From positions 1,728,001-1,792,000 of the forward strand of contig OZ251992.1 of NCBI GenBank assembly GCA_965246885.1: a stretch of DNA of 64,000 nucleotides, given 5' to 3'. The DNA comes from Abditibacterium sp. Lineage in GTDB: Bacteria > Armatimonadota > Abditibacteriia > Abditibacteriales > Abditibacteriaceae. The notes under the pieces were generated by a model, which saw only the letters and a program-made list of their open reading frames with translations, did not search any database and was not told the DNA's origin. The number at the start of each line of letters is the position of its first letter. Within the stretch, counting starts at the first letter, position 1. A program made the position numbers and the translations under genes. Of the stretch, positions 28,998 through 39,329 are shown one piece after another.

Positions 28998-29026
28998 TTG
29001 ACGAAGTGGGCGCGGGCGTTTACAAT
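28998..29026 (+). promoter_or_regulatory. sigma70-type promoter of the guaB-like operon
   Basis: TTGACG-17 nt-TACAAT. Confidence 0.75.
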
Positions 29027-29107
29027 CTTTGGAAAGCGTTTCGGGCGTGTTTCGCCCCGAATCCTCCCCCCGACCCGACAAACAGGCAGCGACGGAGAAC
29101 ACACATT

Positions 29108-30259
29108 ATGGTAATTGGCGGCAAACGAGAGGCGCGGCGCGCTTATGGATTGGACGAACTGGCCTTAGCGCCCGGAATAGTCAACATTGACCCCGACGAC
29201 ATCGAAATCGGCCTCAAAATCGGCTCGCTCGATTTTGGCATCCCCTTTTTGGCGAGCGCGATGGACGGCGCGGTGGACGTGCGCGTGGCCATTGAGATGT
29301 CCCGCTTGGGAGGGCTGGCGGTTCTCAACGGCGAGGGTTTGCAAACGCGCTACGAGAACCCGGCTGAACCCATCGAAGCGATCATCACCGAGCCGGTGGA
29401 AACGGTCGTGCCGCTCATTCAACGCCTATACCGCGAGCCGGTGAAGCCCGAACTCATCGCGCGCCGGGTCGAGGAGATAAAAGCCGGGGGCGGACGGGCG
29501 GTGCTTGCGTTCACGCCCTTTGGTGCCCGTAGCGCGCACATCGCGGTTGAAGCGGGCGCCGATGCGGTGGTGATTGCTACGACCGTGACGACGACCGAGT
29601 TCCGCTCGAGCAAGGGCACTTCCATTGATCTGGCGCGCTTTTGCAAAGAGTGCCGCGTCCCGGTCATCATCGGCAACGCCGTGACATATGCGGGTGTGAC
29701 GGATCTGCTTGAAGCGGGGGCGGCGTGTATTTTAGTGGGTGTTGGGCCGGGAGCGGCGTGCACGACGCGGCGCGTGTTGGGTTTGGGCGTGCCGCAAGCC
29801 ACAGCCGTTGCCGATAGCGCCCATGCCCGCGACGATTATTTCGAGCGCACGGGGCGCTACGTCCCCATCATCGCCGACGGCGGCCTGCGCACGGGGGGGG
29901 ATGTGTGCAAAGCCATCGCGTGCGGCGCCGACGGCGTGATGATGGGCCAGCCCATCGCCTCTTCGCACGAAGCCCCCGGCAAAGGCCACCACTGGGGCAT
30001 GGCCACCAGTTCGGCCAGCCTGCCGCGCGGCACCCGCGTGCGCGTCGCGCACCAAGCCAGCTTAGAGCAAATCCTTTTCGGCCCCGCCACCAAAGACGAC
30101 GGCACCCTCAACTTCGTCGGCGCCCTCAAACTGGGCATGGGCACCGCCGGAGCCGCCACCATCCGGGAGATGCAGGGAGTGGAAATCCTCATCGCGCCCA
30201 CCCTCGCAACGGAAGGCAAGCGCGACCAATTCGCGCAGAAAGTGGGGCAGGGTTCGTAA
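29108..30259 (+). CDS. guaB: IMP dehydrogenase-related protein (GuaB3 type)
   Basis: RRAYGLDE.ALAPG, ASAMD, VGVGPGAACTTR.VLG.GVPQATA, IIADGG, HWGMA. Confidence 0.88.
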   Translation: MVIGGKREARRAYGLDELALAPGIVNIDPDDIEIGLKIGSLDFGIPFLASAMDGAVDVRVAIEMSRLGGLAVLNGEGLQTRYENPAEPIEAIITEPVETVVPLIQRLYREPVKPELIARRVEEIKAGGGRAVLAFTPFGARSAHIAVEAGADAVVIATTVTTTEFRSSKGTSIDLARFCKECRVPVIIGNAVTYAGVTDLLEAGAACILVGVGPGAACTTRRVLGLGVPQATAVADSAHARDDYFERTGRYVPIIADGGLRTGGDVCKAIACGADGVMMGQPIASSHEAPGKGHHWGMATSSASLPRGTRVRVAHQASLEQILFGPATKDDGTLNFVGALKLGMGTAGAATIREMQGVEILIAPTLATEGKRDQFAQKVGQGS

Positions 30260-30279
30260 GACTGGACAGTGGGAACCCT

Positions 30280-31194
30280 ATGGCCATTCCTGACTTCCAG
30301 ACAATCATGCGGCCACTCCTTCAATCCCTCAACGATTTGCAGGAGCGCCCTTCCTCGTGGCTCTACTCGGCTATTTCTGACGAGTTCAGGTTGTCACAGC
30401 AAGAACGAGAAGAGCTTCTGCCAAGCAAACGGCAGAAAGTCCTTCATAACCGCGTGGCATGGGCGTTGTTTCACATGAAAAGCGCCGGCCTAATTGAATC
30501 GCCCAAGCGGGGTGTGCATAAGCTCACTTCTCGTGGGCAGCAGATTCTCAAGAAATACCCCACCAAAGTGGATTTACGGATTCTGGCGCAGTTCCCCGAA
30601 TACATTGCGATGCGCGGGAAGGAAAAAATAGGTAATGAAGCGAGCCTTGACCCATCGGTTTCGCCCGCGCCAATCGTGACACCGGACGAAGCTATTGCCT
30701 CCGCATACGGAGAATTGCGCGCCTCGTTAGCGCAGGAACTTCTGGAGAAGATTAAGCAGTCGTCGCCAGAGTTTTTCGAGAGGCTTGTCGTAGATGTCTT
30801 GCTGGCGATGGGGTACGGTGGCTCGCAAACTGACGCGGGGGAAGCGTTGGGCAGAAGTGGCGATGGCGGCATAGACGGCGTGATTCGGGAAGACAAACTC
30901 GGCTTAGACGTGATATACATCCAAGCCAAGCGTTGGGAGAACGTCGTGGGACGTCCCGTTGTTCAGGGCTTCGTCGGAGCCATTCACGGCGCCAGAGCGT
31001 CGAAAGGCGTCATTATCACCACCTCCGACTTTTCGAGTGAGGCGCGGGAATACGTCAAAACCATCTCAGCGCGCATCGTTCTGGTTGACGGGCAAACTCT
31101 CGCCGGACTGATGATAGATCATAACGTCGCGGTGAGCCGCGTTTCAAACTACGAAATCAAGAAGGTAGACAATGACTACTTCTCGGAATTGTAA
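30280..31194 (+). CDS. mrr: Mrr-family type IV restriction endonuclease
   Basis: MAIPDFQTIMRPLL N-terminal domain; FFERLVVDVL.AMGYG, DGGIDG, YIQAKRW. Confidence 0.93.
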   Translation: MAIPDFQTIMRPLLQSLNDLQERPSSWLYSAISDEFRLSQQEREELLPSKRQKVLHNRVAWALFHMKSAGLIESPKRGVHKLTSRGQQILKKYPTKVDLRILAQFPEYIAMRGKEKIGNEASLDPSVSPAPIVTPDEAIASAYGELRASLAQELLEKIKQSSPEFFERLVVDVLLAMGYGGSQTDAGEALGRSGDGGIDGVIREDKLGLDVIYIQAKRWENVVGRPVVQGFVGAIHGARASKGVIITTSDFSSEAREYVKTISARIVLVDGQTLAGLMIDHNVAVSRVSNYEIKKVDNDYFSEL

Positions 31195-31209
31195 ACCCAC
31201 TTCCACTTA

Positions 31210-32757
31210 ATGCAATCCATTTCCAACGAAACCATTCTCGTCCTCGATTTCGGCGCGCAATACGCGCAGCTAATCGCGCGCAAGGTGCGCGCGTGCCATG
31301 TCTACTGCGAGATACTGCCCTTCGACGCGCCGTTGGAGCAGATACTCGCGCACAATCCCAAGGGCGTGATTTTTTCGGGCGGGCCGTCGTCGGTGTATGA
31401 GATCGAAGCGCCCCAGTGCGCCGAGGGGCTGTTCCACTGCGGCGTGCCGATTCTGGGGATATGCTACGGGCATCAGGTCATGGCGCATATGCTGGGCGGC
31501 AAGGTGACGCCTGCCGACAAGCGCGAATTTGGCAAGACGGAGTTGGTTGTGCAAGAGGGTGCGCCGCTTTACGATGGGCTGAACCGCAAACTGCTGTGTT
31601 GGATGTCGCACGGCGACTTGGTGTTGGAGCCGCCGCCGGGGTTTGTGTCCACGAGTAAGACAGTCTCCACGCCCGTCGCTTCGATGGCCAACGTCGAAAA
31701 GCGGCTTTACGGCGTGCAGTTCCACCCCGAAGTGACGCACACGCCTTGGGGGTTGGAGATTATCCGCAACTTCGTGACCGGGCCGTGCGGCTGCTCCGGG
31801 ACGTGGACGATGGAGAATTTCATCGAGACCGAGTCGGCGCGCATCCGGGAGATTGTCGGGGATAAACGGGTGCTGTGCGCGCTGTCGGGCGGGGTGGATT
31901 CGGCGGTGGCGGCAGTGTTGTTGCATCATGCCATCGGCGAGCAACTGACGTGCTTGTTCGTCAATCACGGCTTTTTGCGCTTGCACGAGGCCGAGCAGGT
32001 CGTCGAAGCGTTCACTTCGCGCTACGAGAACATCCGCTTGCACTATGTGGACGCTTCGCCGCGCTTCCAAGAGCTGCTGCGCGGCGTCACCGACCCCGAA
32101 GAGAAGCGCATCAAAATCGGCAACGAGTTCGTCGCCACCTTCGAGCGCGAGATGGGCTTGCTGGGCCACCACCACTTTCTCGCGCAGGGAACGCTCTACC
32201 CAGATGTGATCGAGTCCGGCTCTGGCAAAGCCGCTAAAATCAAGACGCACCACAACGTCGGCGGCCTGCCGCCCGACATGGAGTTCAAACTTATCGAGCC
32301 GTTCCGCACCCTGTTCAAAGACGAAGTGCGCGCGCTCGGCGAGGAGTTGGGATTGCCTTCGGACATGGTGTGGCGCCAACCGTTTCCGGGGCCGGGACTG
32401 GCGATTCGCATCATCGGCGAAGTGACACCGGAGCGGCTCGACGTGCTGCGCCAAGCGGACGCCATCCTGATTGACGAGGTGAAAAAGGCCGGGTTATACC
32501 GCATTATCTGGCAATGCTTTGTGGCGCTACTCCCGACGGTGAACTCCGTCGGCGTGATGGGCGACGGGCGCACCTACGCCCATCCGGTCGTGGTGCGCGC
32601 CGTGACAAGCGAGGACGGCATGACGAGCGATTGGGCACGAATCCCGTATGAAGTGCTGGAGAAAATCTCCAACCGCATCGTCAACGAAGTCCCCGGCGTC
32701 AACCGCGTCGTCTACGACGTCACCAGCAAACCCCCGGCGACCATTGAGTGGGAGTGA
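31210..32757 (+). CDS. guaA: GMP synthase (glutamine-hydrolysing)
   Basis: [50 protein letters not shown]. Confidence 0.98.
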   Translation: MQSISNETILVLDFGAQYAQLIARKVRACHVYCEILPFDAPLEQILAHNPKGVIFSGGPSSVYEIEAPQCAEGLFHCGVPILGICYGHQVMAHMLGGKVTPADKREFGKTELVVQEGAPLYDGLNRKLLCWMSHGDLVLEPPPGFVSTSKTVSTPVASMANVEKRLYGVQFHPEVTHTPWGLEIIRNFVTGPCGCSGTWTMENFIETESARIREIVGDKRVLCALSGGVDSAVAAVLLHHAIGEQLTCLFVNHGFLRLHEAEQVVEAFTSRYENIRLHYVDASPRFQELLRGVTDPEEKRIKIGNEFVATFEREMGLLGHHHFLAQGTLYPDVIESGSGKAAKIKTHHNVGGLPPDMEFKLIEPFRTLFKDEVRALGEELGLPSDMVWRQPFPGPGLAIRIIGEVTPERLDVLRQADAILIDEVKKAGLYRIIWQCFVALLPTVNSVGVMGDGRTYAHPVVVRAVTSEDGMTSDWARIPYEVLEKISNRIVNEVPGVNRVVYDVTSKPPATIEWE

Positions 32758-32787
32758 TGCTTTATAAGTACCATTTACATCATCAAA

Positions 32788-33297
32788 GTGAAGGCGACTG
32801 ACTTGCAAGTGGTTTCTCGACAAACGCTTCTTCTGGAAGCTGTCTTAGAGGCTTGGAGCGAAGGAGACATCTTTCCTCTGATCCACGAAGACTTGAAGCC
32901 ACGAGGTTACGAACTGGAATCGGTGTTAGAAGTCCGAGACTGGTATCACCTTCGGGATGTCTCACAAGACGACTGGAACAGATACGCGGCGGCAGTGGCT
33001 TATATATTGAGTCCCTCCAAGGAATTTATCTTCTGGTTCGACGAGGAAGAAGAAAAGGAGCTAACCATGCCACACATACACGAAGACGACGTCATCATCG
33101 CATTTCGCCAAACGGTGGAAGAAGAACTACAGCGCGCGCAACAGGGCCAGCACGAGCCGCCCGCCTACATAAACGGCGCCTCGACCGAAGAGAACTTGGA
33201 GCGACTTTCGCGCGCGCACGCCAAACTGCAAGCCGAAGTCGCCCTGCTTCGCACCGTCATCCTGAAACTCTTGTCCCAGCCCGTAGACACGCAATAA
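32788..33297 (+). CDS. Hypothetical acidic protein
   Basis: 169-aa ORF filling the guaA-hpt gap; 5' half lower GC. Confidence 0.6.
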   Translation: MKATDLQVVSRQTLLLEAVLEAWSEGDIFPLIHEDLKPRGYELESVLEVRDWYHLRDVSQDDWNRYAAAVAYILSPSKEFIFWFDEEEEKELTMPHIHEDDVIIAFRQTVEEELQRAQQGQHEPPAYINGASTEENLERLSRAHAKLQAEVALLRTVILKLLSQPVDTQ

Positions 33298-33380
33298 CGC
33301 GGAAAGCGGAAGCCGGAACGCGGAAAAGAACGGCCCCGCGCTGCTTTTTCCGCGTTCCGACTTCCCACTTCCGATTTCCA
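33297..33380. repeat. Inverted pair of short heptamer tandem repeats (STRR-like hairpin)
   Basis: acgcgga aagcgga agccgga acgcgga ... ttttccg cgttccg acttccc acttccg. Confidence 0.7.
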
Positions 33381-33383
33381 ACG

Positions 33384-33977
33384 ATGCTTTCTCAACCATT
33401 TCGCCCACATTCCTTGGGCGCGGACATTTATGCGTCCGAGGCCGATGTCGAATCGGTATTACTTTCTGCGCAGCAAATTCAGGCACGCGTCGCCGAACTG
33501 GGCGCGCAGATTTCGCGCGACTACGAAGGGCGCGAGCCGGTGTTCGTGTCGGTCTTGGTCGGCGCGGTAATGTTCACCGCCGACTTGCTACGCCACGTCT
33601 CCGTCCCTTGCTCGCTCGACTTTATGGCCATTTCGAGCTATGGCAAGGAATCCCGTTCGTCGGGCGTGGTGCGCGTGATGAAGGACTTGGACGAAAGCGT
33701 CGAATCCAAGCACGTCATCATCGTCGAGGACATCATTGACACAGGGCTTACCCTCAATTATCTGCTCGACAACATCCGCAATCGCGGCGTCGCGTCCGTC
33801 AAAGTCGCCGCTTTGCTGGACAAGCCCAGCCGTCGCCTGACCGACGTGAGCGTGGATTACGTTGGTTTCGAGGTGCCCGATGAGTTCGTGATTGGCTATG
33901 GCCTCGACTTCGCGCAGCGTTACCGCAACTTCCCTTATGTGGGGGTACTTCGGCCCGAAGTGTATGGCGGCAAATAA
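33384..33977 (+). CDS. hpt: Hypoxanthine phosphoribosyltransferase
   Basis: LDFMAISSYG, VIIVEDIIDTGLTL, LLDKPSRR, FVIGYGLD. Confidence 0.95.
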   Translation: MLSQPFRPHSLGADIYASEADVESVLLSAQQIQARVAELGAQISRDYEGREPVFVSVLVGAVMFTADLLRHVSVPCSLDFMAISSYGKESRSSGVVRVMKDLDESVESKHVIIVEDIIDTGLTLNYLLDNIRNRGVASVKVAALLDKPSRRLTDVSVDYVGFEVPDEFVIGYGLDFAQRYRNFPYVGVLRPEVYGGK

Positions 33978-34199
33978 GAGTGCGCGGTAAATTGAAACCG
34001 CGCACGCGCCTCGTGCGTTTAATGGGTGTTTCGTTGCGCGCCCCCTTCGGCGCGACGTTTGCGCCCAGACACCCCGCTTTGTTGATCGTTCCAACAAACC
34101 ACTCCTCGTTTAGTTCTTTTGCCCCACCGCATTTCTGGCGCGAGGCATCCCATCTTTTAACCCAATAAGCGCCCCTCTTACGGGCGTTTTGGAGACCGC

Positions 34200-36263
34200 A
34201 TGACATCCGATCAAGTCCAATTGGACACTACCGCCGCGCCCGACGCGGCCCCGTCCCAACCTAAACCCGTTCGCCGCCGCACGACCAAGAAAGTCGAAGC
34301 CGCCGAACAGCCCACCCTTCCCGAAACTACCCCGGAAGAAGCGCCCGCAAAGCCCAAGCGCACCCGCGTCGCCAAAGCCAAAACCCCCGACGCCGCGCCC
34401 GAAACCTCCGCGCCCGCCGAAATGCCTGTTGCCGTCGTTGCCGCGCCCGCTCAGGCCGCAGAGGAAGCCCCCGCCGCGCGCCCTTCGATTCCCGCGCGCT
34501 TTCCCTCCCGTTTCAAGCGCGTTGAAGAACCCGCCGCCATCGGCGACGCGCCCGCCGCCCTCCCACAGGGCGCCACCGCCATCGGCGAGCAGACCGCCGT
34601 CGTTTCTGCGCCGCCGACAGACTCCCCGATGACCTCGGCCTACCCCCCACTTCCCCCGGCAGACGTCTCTGAGCCGACGAGAGACGTCTCTCAAGGGTTC
34701 ACCGAGGCCGCTCCCCAAGAGAACGGCACTCCGAACGGGGAGTTCAACGGCCCTAACGGTGAGTTTTCCGAAGGCGGCGGACGGATGCGCTACCGCGAGC
34801 GCCGCGAGTTCCGCCGCCAGCAACGCATGCAACAACGCCAAGACCGCTTAGGGCCAAACGGCGAGCCGCTTCCTCCCTTGCCGCCTAACGGCTTCGTGCC
34901 TAACCCCAGCAATGGCCAAGGCGCGCCGCAAAACTTCAACCGCGACCGAGAGCGCGGGCAGCAGAACGGTTTCCAGCCGCGACGCCGCGAGTATGACTTC
35001 TTCACTCTCAAAGCGATGGGCGACGAGGACTTAGAAAACGCGGCCCGCGAGTACGGCCTCGAACCCGACGATTCGCGCGGGCGCGACGCGCTCTTGATGG
35101 CCCTCATGGACGCCCAAGCGCGCGCCCAAAACTCCGTCCTCAAGACCGGTATTCTCGACGCCCACGATCACAATAAAGCGTTCCTGCGCTGCGAGGGCTA
35201 CACGCCGTCCGAAGCCGACGTGTATGTCAGCCAAACGCAGATCAAGCGCTTTAATCTTAAGTCAGGCGATTTAGTCTTTGGCACGGCCCGCGCGCCCAAG
35301 GAGAACGAGCGCTTCTTCGGCCTGCTCCGCGTCGAGTCCATCAACGGCCTGTCGCCCGACGAACTGCGCTCGCGCAAAGATTTTGAGAAGCTCACGCCCA
35401 TCTTTCCGACGGAGCGCTATAATCTCGAAACCGAGCAGGGCAACATTACCGCGCGCATCATTGACCTGATCTCGCCCGTTGGCAAAGGGCAACGCGGCCT
35501 GATCGTCGCTCCGCCCAAAGCGGGCAAAACGACGCTGATTAAGTCCGTCGCCAACTCCATCGCCGTCAACAACCCCGAAGCCGAACTGTTCGTTCTGCTG
35601 ATTGACGAGCGCCCCGAAGAAGTCACCGACATCTCGCGCAGTGTGCGCGGCACCGTTGTCGCTTCCACGTTTGATGAGATGCCGGATAACCACATGCGCG
35701 TCGCGGACATCGTGATGGAGCGCGCCAAGCGCTTGGTCGAAATGAAGCGCGATGTGGTAATTCTCATGGACTCCATCACCCGCCTGTCGCGCGCGTCCAA
35801 CCTTGTGGTGACGCCATCGGGCCGTACGCTTAGTGGCGGTCTCGACCCCGCCGCGATGTATCGCCCCAAACGGATGTTCGGCGCCGCGCGCAACATCGAA
35901 GAGGGCGGGAGTCTTACCATTCTCGCAACTGCCCTTGTGGACACGGGAAGCCGCATGGACGAGATGATTTTCGAGGAATTCAAGGGCACGGGCAACATGG
36001 ATTTGGTGCTCGACCGCGACCTCTTTAACCAGCGCATCTTCCCGGCCATAGACATCAACAAGTCCGGCACCCGCCGCGACGACCTGTTGCTTTCCAAGGA
36101 CGAACTCGCCGCCACTTTCCACCTGCGCCAAACCCTCGCGCGTCTGGACAACGATCAAGCCGTCAAACTGCTTATTGACCGCCTGAAAAACACCAAGTCC
36201 AACGCCAACTTCATGGAAGTCGTCGCCAAATCCGCGCGCCAAGCGGAAATTAAGGGAGCTTGA
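34200..36263 (+). CDS. rho: Transcription termination factor Rho with long N-terminal disordered extension
   Basis: DVYVSQTQIKRF.L..GD, GKGQRGLIVAPPKAGKT, LLIDERPEEVTD, DSITRL, FEEFKGTGNM. Confidence 0.97.
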   Translation: MTSDQVQLDTTAAPDAAPSQPKPVRRRTTKKVEAAEQPTLPETTPEEAPAKPKRTRVAKAKTPDAAPETSAPAEMPVAVVAAPAQAAEEAPAARPSIPARFPSRFKRVEEPAAIGDAPAALPQGATAIGEQTAVVSAPPTDSPMTSAYPPLPPADVSEPTRDVSQGFTEAAPQENGTPNGEFNGPNGEFSEGGGRMRYRERREFRRQQRMQQRQDRLGPNGEPLPPLPPNGFVPNPSNGQGAPQNFNRDRERGQQNGFQPRRREYDFFTLKAMGDEDLENAAREYGLEPDDSRGRDALLMALMDAQARAQNSVLKTGILDAHDHNKAFLRCEGYTPSEADVYVSQTQIKRFNLKSGDLVFGTARAPKENERFFGLLRVESINGLSPDELRSRKDFEKLTPIFPTERYNLETEQGNITARIIDLISPVGKGQRGLIVAPPKAGKTTLIKSVANSIAVNNPEAELFVLLIDERPEEVTDISRSVRGTVVASTFDEMPDNHMRVADIVMERAKRLVEMKRDVVILMDSITRLSRASNLVVTPSGRTLSGGLDPAAMYRPKRMFGAARNIEEGGSLTILATALVDTGSRMDEMIFEEFKGTGNMDLVLDRDLFNQRIFPAIDINKSGTRRDDLLLSKDELAATFHLRQTLARLDNDQAVKLLIDRLKNTKSNANFMEVVAKSARQAEIKGA

Positions 36264-36271
36264 GGTGGCGC

Positions 36272-36904
36272 TTAACTCGCGCCAGAAAAGAAGCTGAGCA
36301 GGTCGTGCAGTCGCCCAATCTCGGTGGCAGTTTCGGCGGCGGGCGCGGCGAAGAAGTCGGCTTCGACGCGCGCCAAAACGGGCGGTTGATGGAGCCAGTC
36401 GCGCGCTTCGTCAGGGATTCGGTCGGGGTTGTGGAGCGGCAGGGCTTCGGCTAAGAGTGTAGAGGAAAGGGAAGAAACGAACCATGCTTCGAGGAATGGG
36501 AGCCATGAAAGTCTGATGTGCTTAGCCGTTGAGAGAATTTCGGAGAGACTGTAGCCGTCGGCTTGTTCCAGCGAGCAACGCCACAGCAAAGCGAAACACG
36601 CCGTCACCGCGTCTTGCTCCTCAGCGGGCCACTCGCGCCAAGCGTGCGAGGCGAGCGTTCCCACTGGCCACAAGTCGCAAGATTCGCCGCGTTCAAGCGC
36701 GCGCCATGTTAACTCAAAGAAGGGCGGCAACAGTTTTTTGAAGCTCTCGTCGCCGTCTTGATAGACGACGGTGTCGGGCATCTCCTCCCATAGCTGAGGC
36801 ATCGTCCAGTTCTGCGCTTGCCAATGGTGGCTGTGGAGGATGACGAAGACGCGGTAGCAGTCGGTGATTTCGGCGGGCAGGGATGCGAGGAAGTCGGGTT
36901 TCAT
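36272..36904 (-). CDS. Hypothetical protein
   Basis: 210-aa Trp-rich ORF filling the rho-recA gap. Confidence 0.6.
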   Translation of the reverse strand: MKPDFLASLPAEITDCYRVFVILHSHHWQAQNWTMPQLWEEMPDTVVYQDGDESFKKLLPPFFELTWRALERGESCDLWPVGTLASHAWREWPAEEQDAVTACFALLWRCSLEQADGYSLSEILSTAKHIRLSWLPFLEAWFVSSLSSTLLAEALPLHNPDRIPDEARDWLHQPPVLARVEADFFAAPAAETATEIGRLHDLLSFFSGAS

Positions 36905-37055
36905 GGGCGCGGAAAGAAAGAGTGTGCCTAAAATCCTCCGCTCGCCCCCTTGCTTGTTCAGTGAAAACCGGATAAAATTTCGGGGTCATTGATTCGAGTG
37001 AAGACAACGGGGAGTTGGATTTGCCCTGTTCACCGAAGCACACACCGAGAAACAC

Positions 37056-38159
37056 ATGGCTAAATCAACTGAATCGAACAAGATGGCGCCCGTCCTGACG
37101 AGCGGCGTCGCGGACAAGCAGAAGTCGCTCAACGAAGCGATGGCGCGCATGGAAAAGACGTTTGGCAAAGGCTCGATCATGCGTTTGGGCGAAAAGTCGC
37201 ACATGAAGGTCGCCACGACGCCGACCGGGTCGCTGTCGCTTGACCTCGCGCTCGGTGGCGGTTTGCCCAAAGGCCGCTTAATCGAGATCTTCGGCGCCGA
37301 GGGCGGCGGCAAGACGACGCTGACGCTGCATTGCATCGCCGAAGCGCAAAAAAAGGGCGGTATTTGCGCGTTTATTGACGCGGAACACTCGCTCGACCCC
37401 TCGTACGCCGCCAAGGTCGGCGTGGACATAGACAATCTGCTCATTTCGCAGCCCGACAACGGCGAGCAAGCCCTCGAAATGGCCGACACGCTCATCCGGT
37501 CGGGCGCCATTGACTTGGTCGTCATTGACTCGGTCGCCGCGCTCGTTCCCCGCGCCGAAGTCGAGGGCGAAATGGGCGACCAAACCGTCGGTTTGATGGC
37601 GCGCATGATGAGCCAAGGTTGCCGCAAGCTCGCGTCTACGGCGGGCAAAACCGGCACGACGATTATCTTCATCAACCAAATCCGCGAGAAAGTCGGCGTC
37701 ATCTACGGTTCGCCCGAAACGACCCCCGGCGGACGCGCGCTTAAGTTCTTCGCGTCGGTGCGCCTGCGCGTGTCGCGCGGCGAAGCCATCAAGAACGGCA
37801 CGGAGCAGATTGGCAACCGCACCAAAGTCTCGATTCCCAAGAACAAAATCGCCCCGCCGTTCCGCGAAGCCGAGTTCGACCTTGTGTATGGCAAGGGCAT
37901 CAACAAATACGGCGACATCCTCGATCTGGGCGTGAAATACAACCTCATCGCCAAGACCGGCGCATGGTTCACCCTCGGCGAAGAACGCTTCCAAGGCCGC
38001 GACCAAACCCGCGCCTACCTCGAAGAGAACCCCGAAGTCGCCGAGGAACTCGAAGAACAAATCCGCACCAAGATGGGCTTAAACGGCGCCGTCGAAGAAG
38101 TAGACCCCGTCAACCCCAACGCTGAAGTCCCCGAAGACGACGACTCGGACGACGAATAA
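37056..38159 (+). CDS. recA: Recombinase A
   Basis: [47 protein letters not shown]. Confidence 0.98.
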   Translation: MAKSTESNKMAPVLTSGVADKQKSLNEAMARMEKTFGKGSIMRLGEKSHMKVATTPTGSLSLDLALGGGLPKGRLIEIFGAEGGGKTTLTLHCIAEAQKKGGICAFIDAEHSLDPSYAAKVGVDIDNLLISQPDNGEQALEMADTLIRSGAIDLVVIDSVAALVPRAEVEGEMGDQTVGLMARMMSQGCRKLASTAGKTGTTIIFINQIREKVGVIYGSPETTPGGRALKFFASVRLRVSRGEAIKNGTEQIGNRTKVSIPKNKIAPPFREAEFDLVYGKGINKYGDILDLGVKYNLIAKTGAWFTLGEERFQGRDQTRAYLEENPEVAEELEEQIRTKMGLNGAVEEVDPVNPNAEVPEDDDSDDE

Positions 38160-38164
38160 ATCCC

Positions 38165-38194
38165 AAAGCCCCCAGTTCTCGCTGGAGGCTTTTT
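38165..38194 (+). terminator. recA intrinsic terminator
   Basis: aaagcccccag..ctggaggcttttt hairpin plus T run. Confidence 0.75.
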
Positions 38195-38228
38195 GGTTCT
38201 CGCAAAGACGCGGAAGCGCAAAGAGCGG

Positions 38229-38573
38229 CTACTCCAACGACTCGCCCGCGCCGAGCGCCAACTCGAAGTAAGCCACATCCCCGTTTTCGAGCGAGTAGCT
38301 TTGGTCGGGCGTGCGGGCAAATTCGTGAACCCAAACGGTGCAACGCTCGCGCTCCGCACCGAACTTCTCGATGTCTTTCTTGCACTCGGAAACACGCTGG
38401 TCGGATTGAGCGATGCTCATGTCCATCATCATGCTTGCCATAAGTTCGCGCGCTTCGCGTTCTTTGGCTGAGTAGTAATTCAAGCGTCCACGAGCAGCTT
38501 CAAGCAACTGCGCTCCCGTGTAGTTGAACTCCCAGTTGTCGCGGTTGGTGTTACGGTATTCGATGTGAGCCAT
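38229..38573 (-). CDS. Hypothetical protein
   Basis: 114-aa ORF with AAAGGA RBS, downstream of the isomerase gene. Confidence 0.65.
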   Translation of the reverse strand: MAHIEYRNTNRDNWEFNYTGAQLLEAARGRLNYYSAKEREARELMASMMMDMSIAQSDQRVSECKKDIEKFGAERERCTVWVHEFARTPDQSYSLENGDVAYFELALGAGESLE

Positions 38574-38585
38574 TGATGTGTCCTT

Positions 38586-39326
38586 TTATATCCTCCCCAT
38601 CCCCCGCAGGTTCTCCAGCGAAATACGAATCGAGTCGAAGGGGTCGCCGGGGCATTGGTCTTGTTCGACGACGTAGACGGGAACTTTGGCGGCTTCGGCG
38701 GCGGCGAAGATGGCGGGCCAGTCGAGGGTGCCGTTGCCGATTTCGGCGAAGTCGCCGTTTTCGCGGCGGTCTTTGATGTGGAGCGGCCCCAACCGCGCGG
38801 CGTAGCGAGTGATGTATTCAACGGGGTCGGCGCCGCCTTTGGCGATCCAGTAGGTGTCGAGTTCGGCGCCCAAGTCGGCTTCCGGCGCGTTTTCATACAG
38901 GACATCAAGGCCGTATTTGCCGTCGAAGGACTCGAACTCGAAGTCGTGGTTGTGATACAGCAGGCGCAACTCTTGGGCGCGCAAGCGAGCGCCGAGGTCG
39001 GACAGCATGGCGGCGGTTTTCGTCCACGCGCCCAGATCGCCGCGATATTCGGGGTCAATCCAGCCCAGCACCACGAGGCCGTTGCCGACTTTCTTGGAGA
39101 AGTTGACGACGCCGTCGAAGTCGTTTTGGAGGTCGCTGAGCATGACGAACACGGCGGTGATTTCCAAGCCCAAGTCGGCGCACTTCTGGAGGGAAGCGTC
39201 CGACGCGCCGTAGCCAATCTCGACGCCCTCGTAGCCGATGGCAGAGATTTTTTCGAGGGTGCCCAGTTCGTCTTGCGCGTATTGGTCGCGCACGGTGTAA
39301 AGCTGCAAAGAGATGAGTGGTCGCAT
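38586..39326 (-). CDS. Sugar phosphate isomerase/epimerase (xylose isomerase-like TIM barrel)
   Basis: LQLYTVRD, YHNHDFEF, ELDTYW, LHIKD, VEQD. Confidence 0.9.
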   Translation of the reverse strand: MRPLISLQLYTVRDQYAQDELGTLEKISAIGYEGVEIGYGASDASLQKCADLGLEITAVFVMLSDLQNDFDGVVNFSKKVGNGLVVLGWIDPEYRGDLGAWTKTAAMLSDLGARLRAQELRLLYHNHDFEFESFDGKYGLDVLYENAPEADLGAELDTYWIAKGGADPVEYITRYAARLGPLHIKDRRENGDFAEIGNGTLDWPAIFAAAEAAKVPVYVVEQDQCPGDPFDSIRISLENLRGMGRI

Positions 39327-39329
39327 GGT

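Noticed and set aside
28808..29107. Arg-rich N-terminal extension of the guaB-like ORF
   Set aside because: Derived from the repeat array and spans the promoter; GGAGA RBS-like sequence and family-like sequence begin at 29108
32730..33383. Integrative element at the guaA 3' end
   Set aside because: No integrase and no duplicated guaA end found
36954..37040. Two TGTTCA..GAA words upstream of recA as possible LexA boxes
   Set aside because: Poor palindromes; the lineage's SOS motif cannot be established from this window
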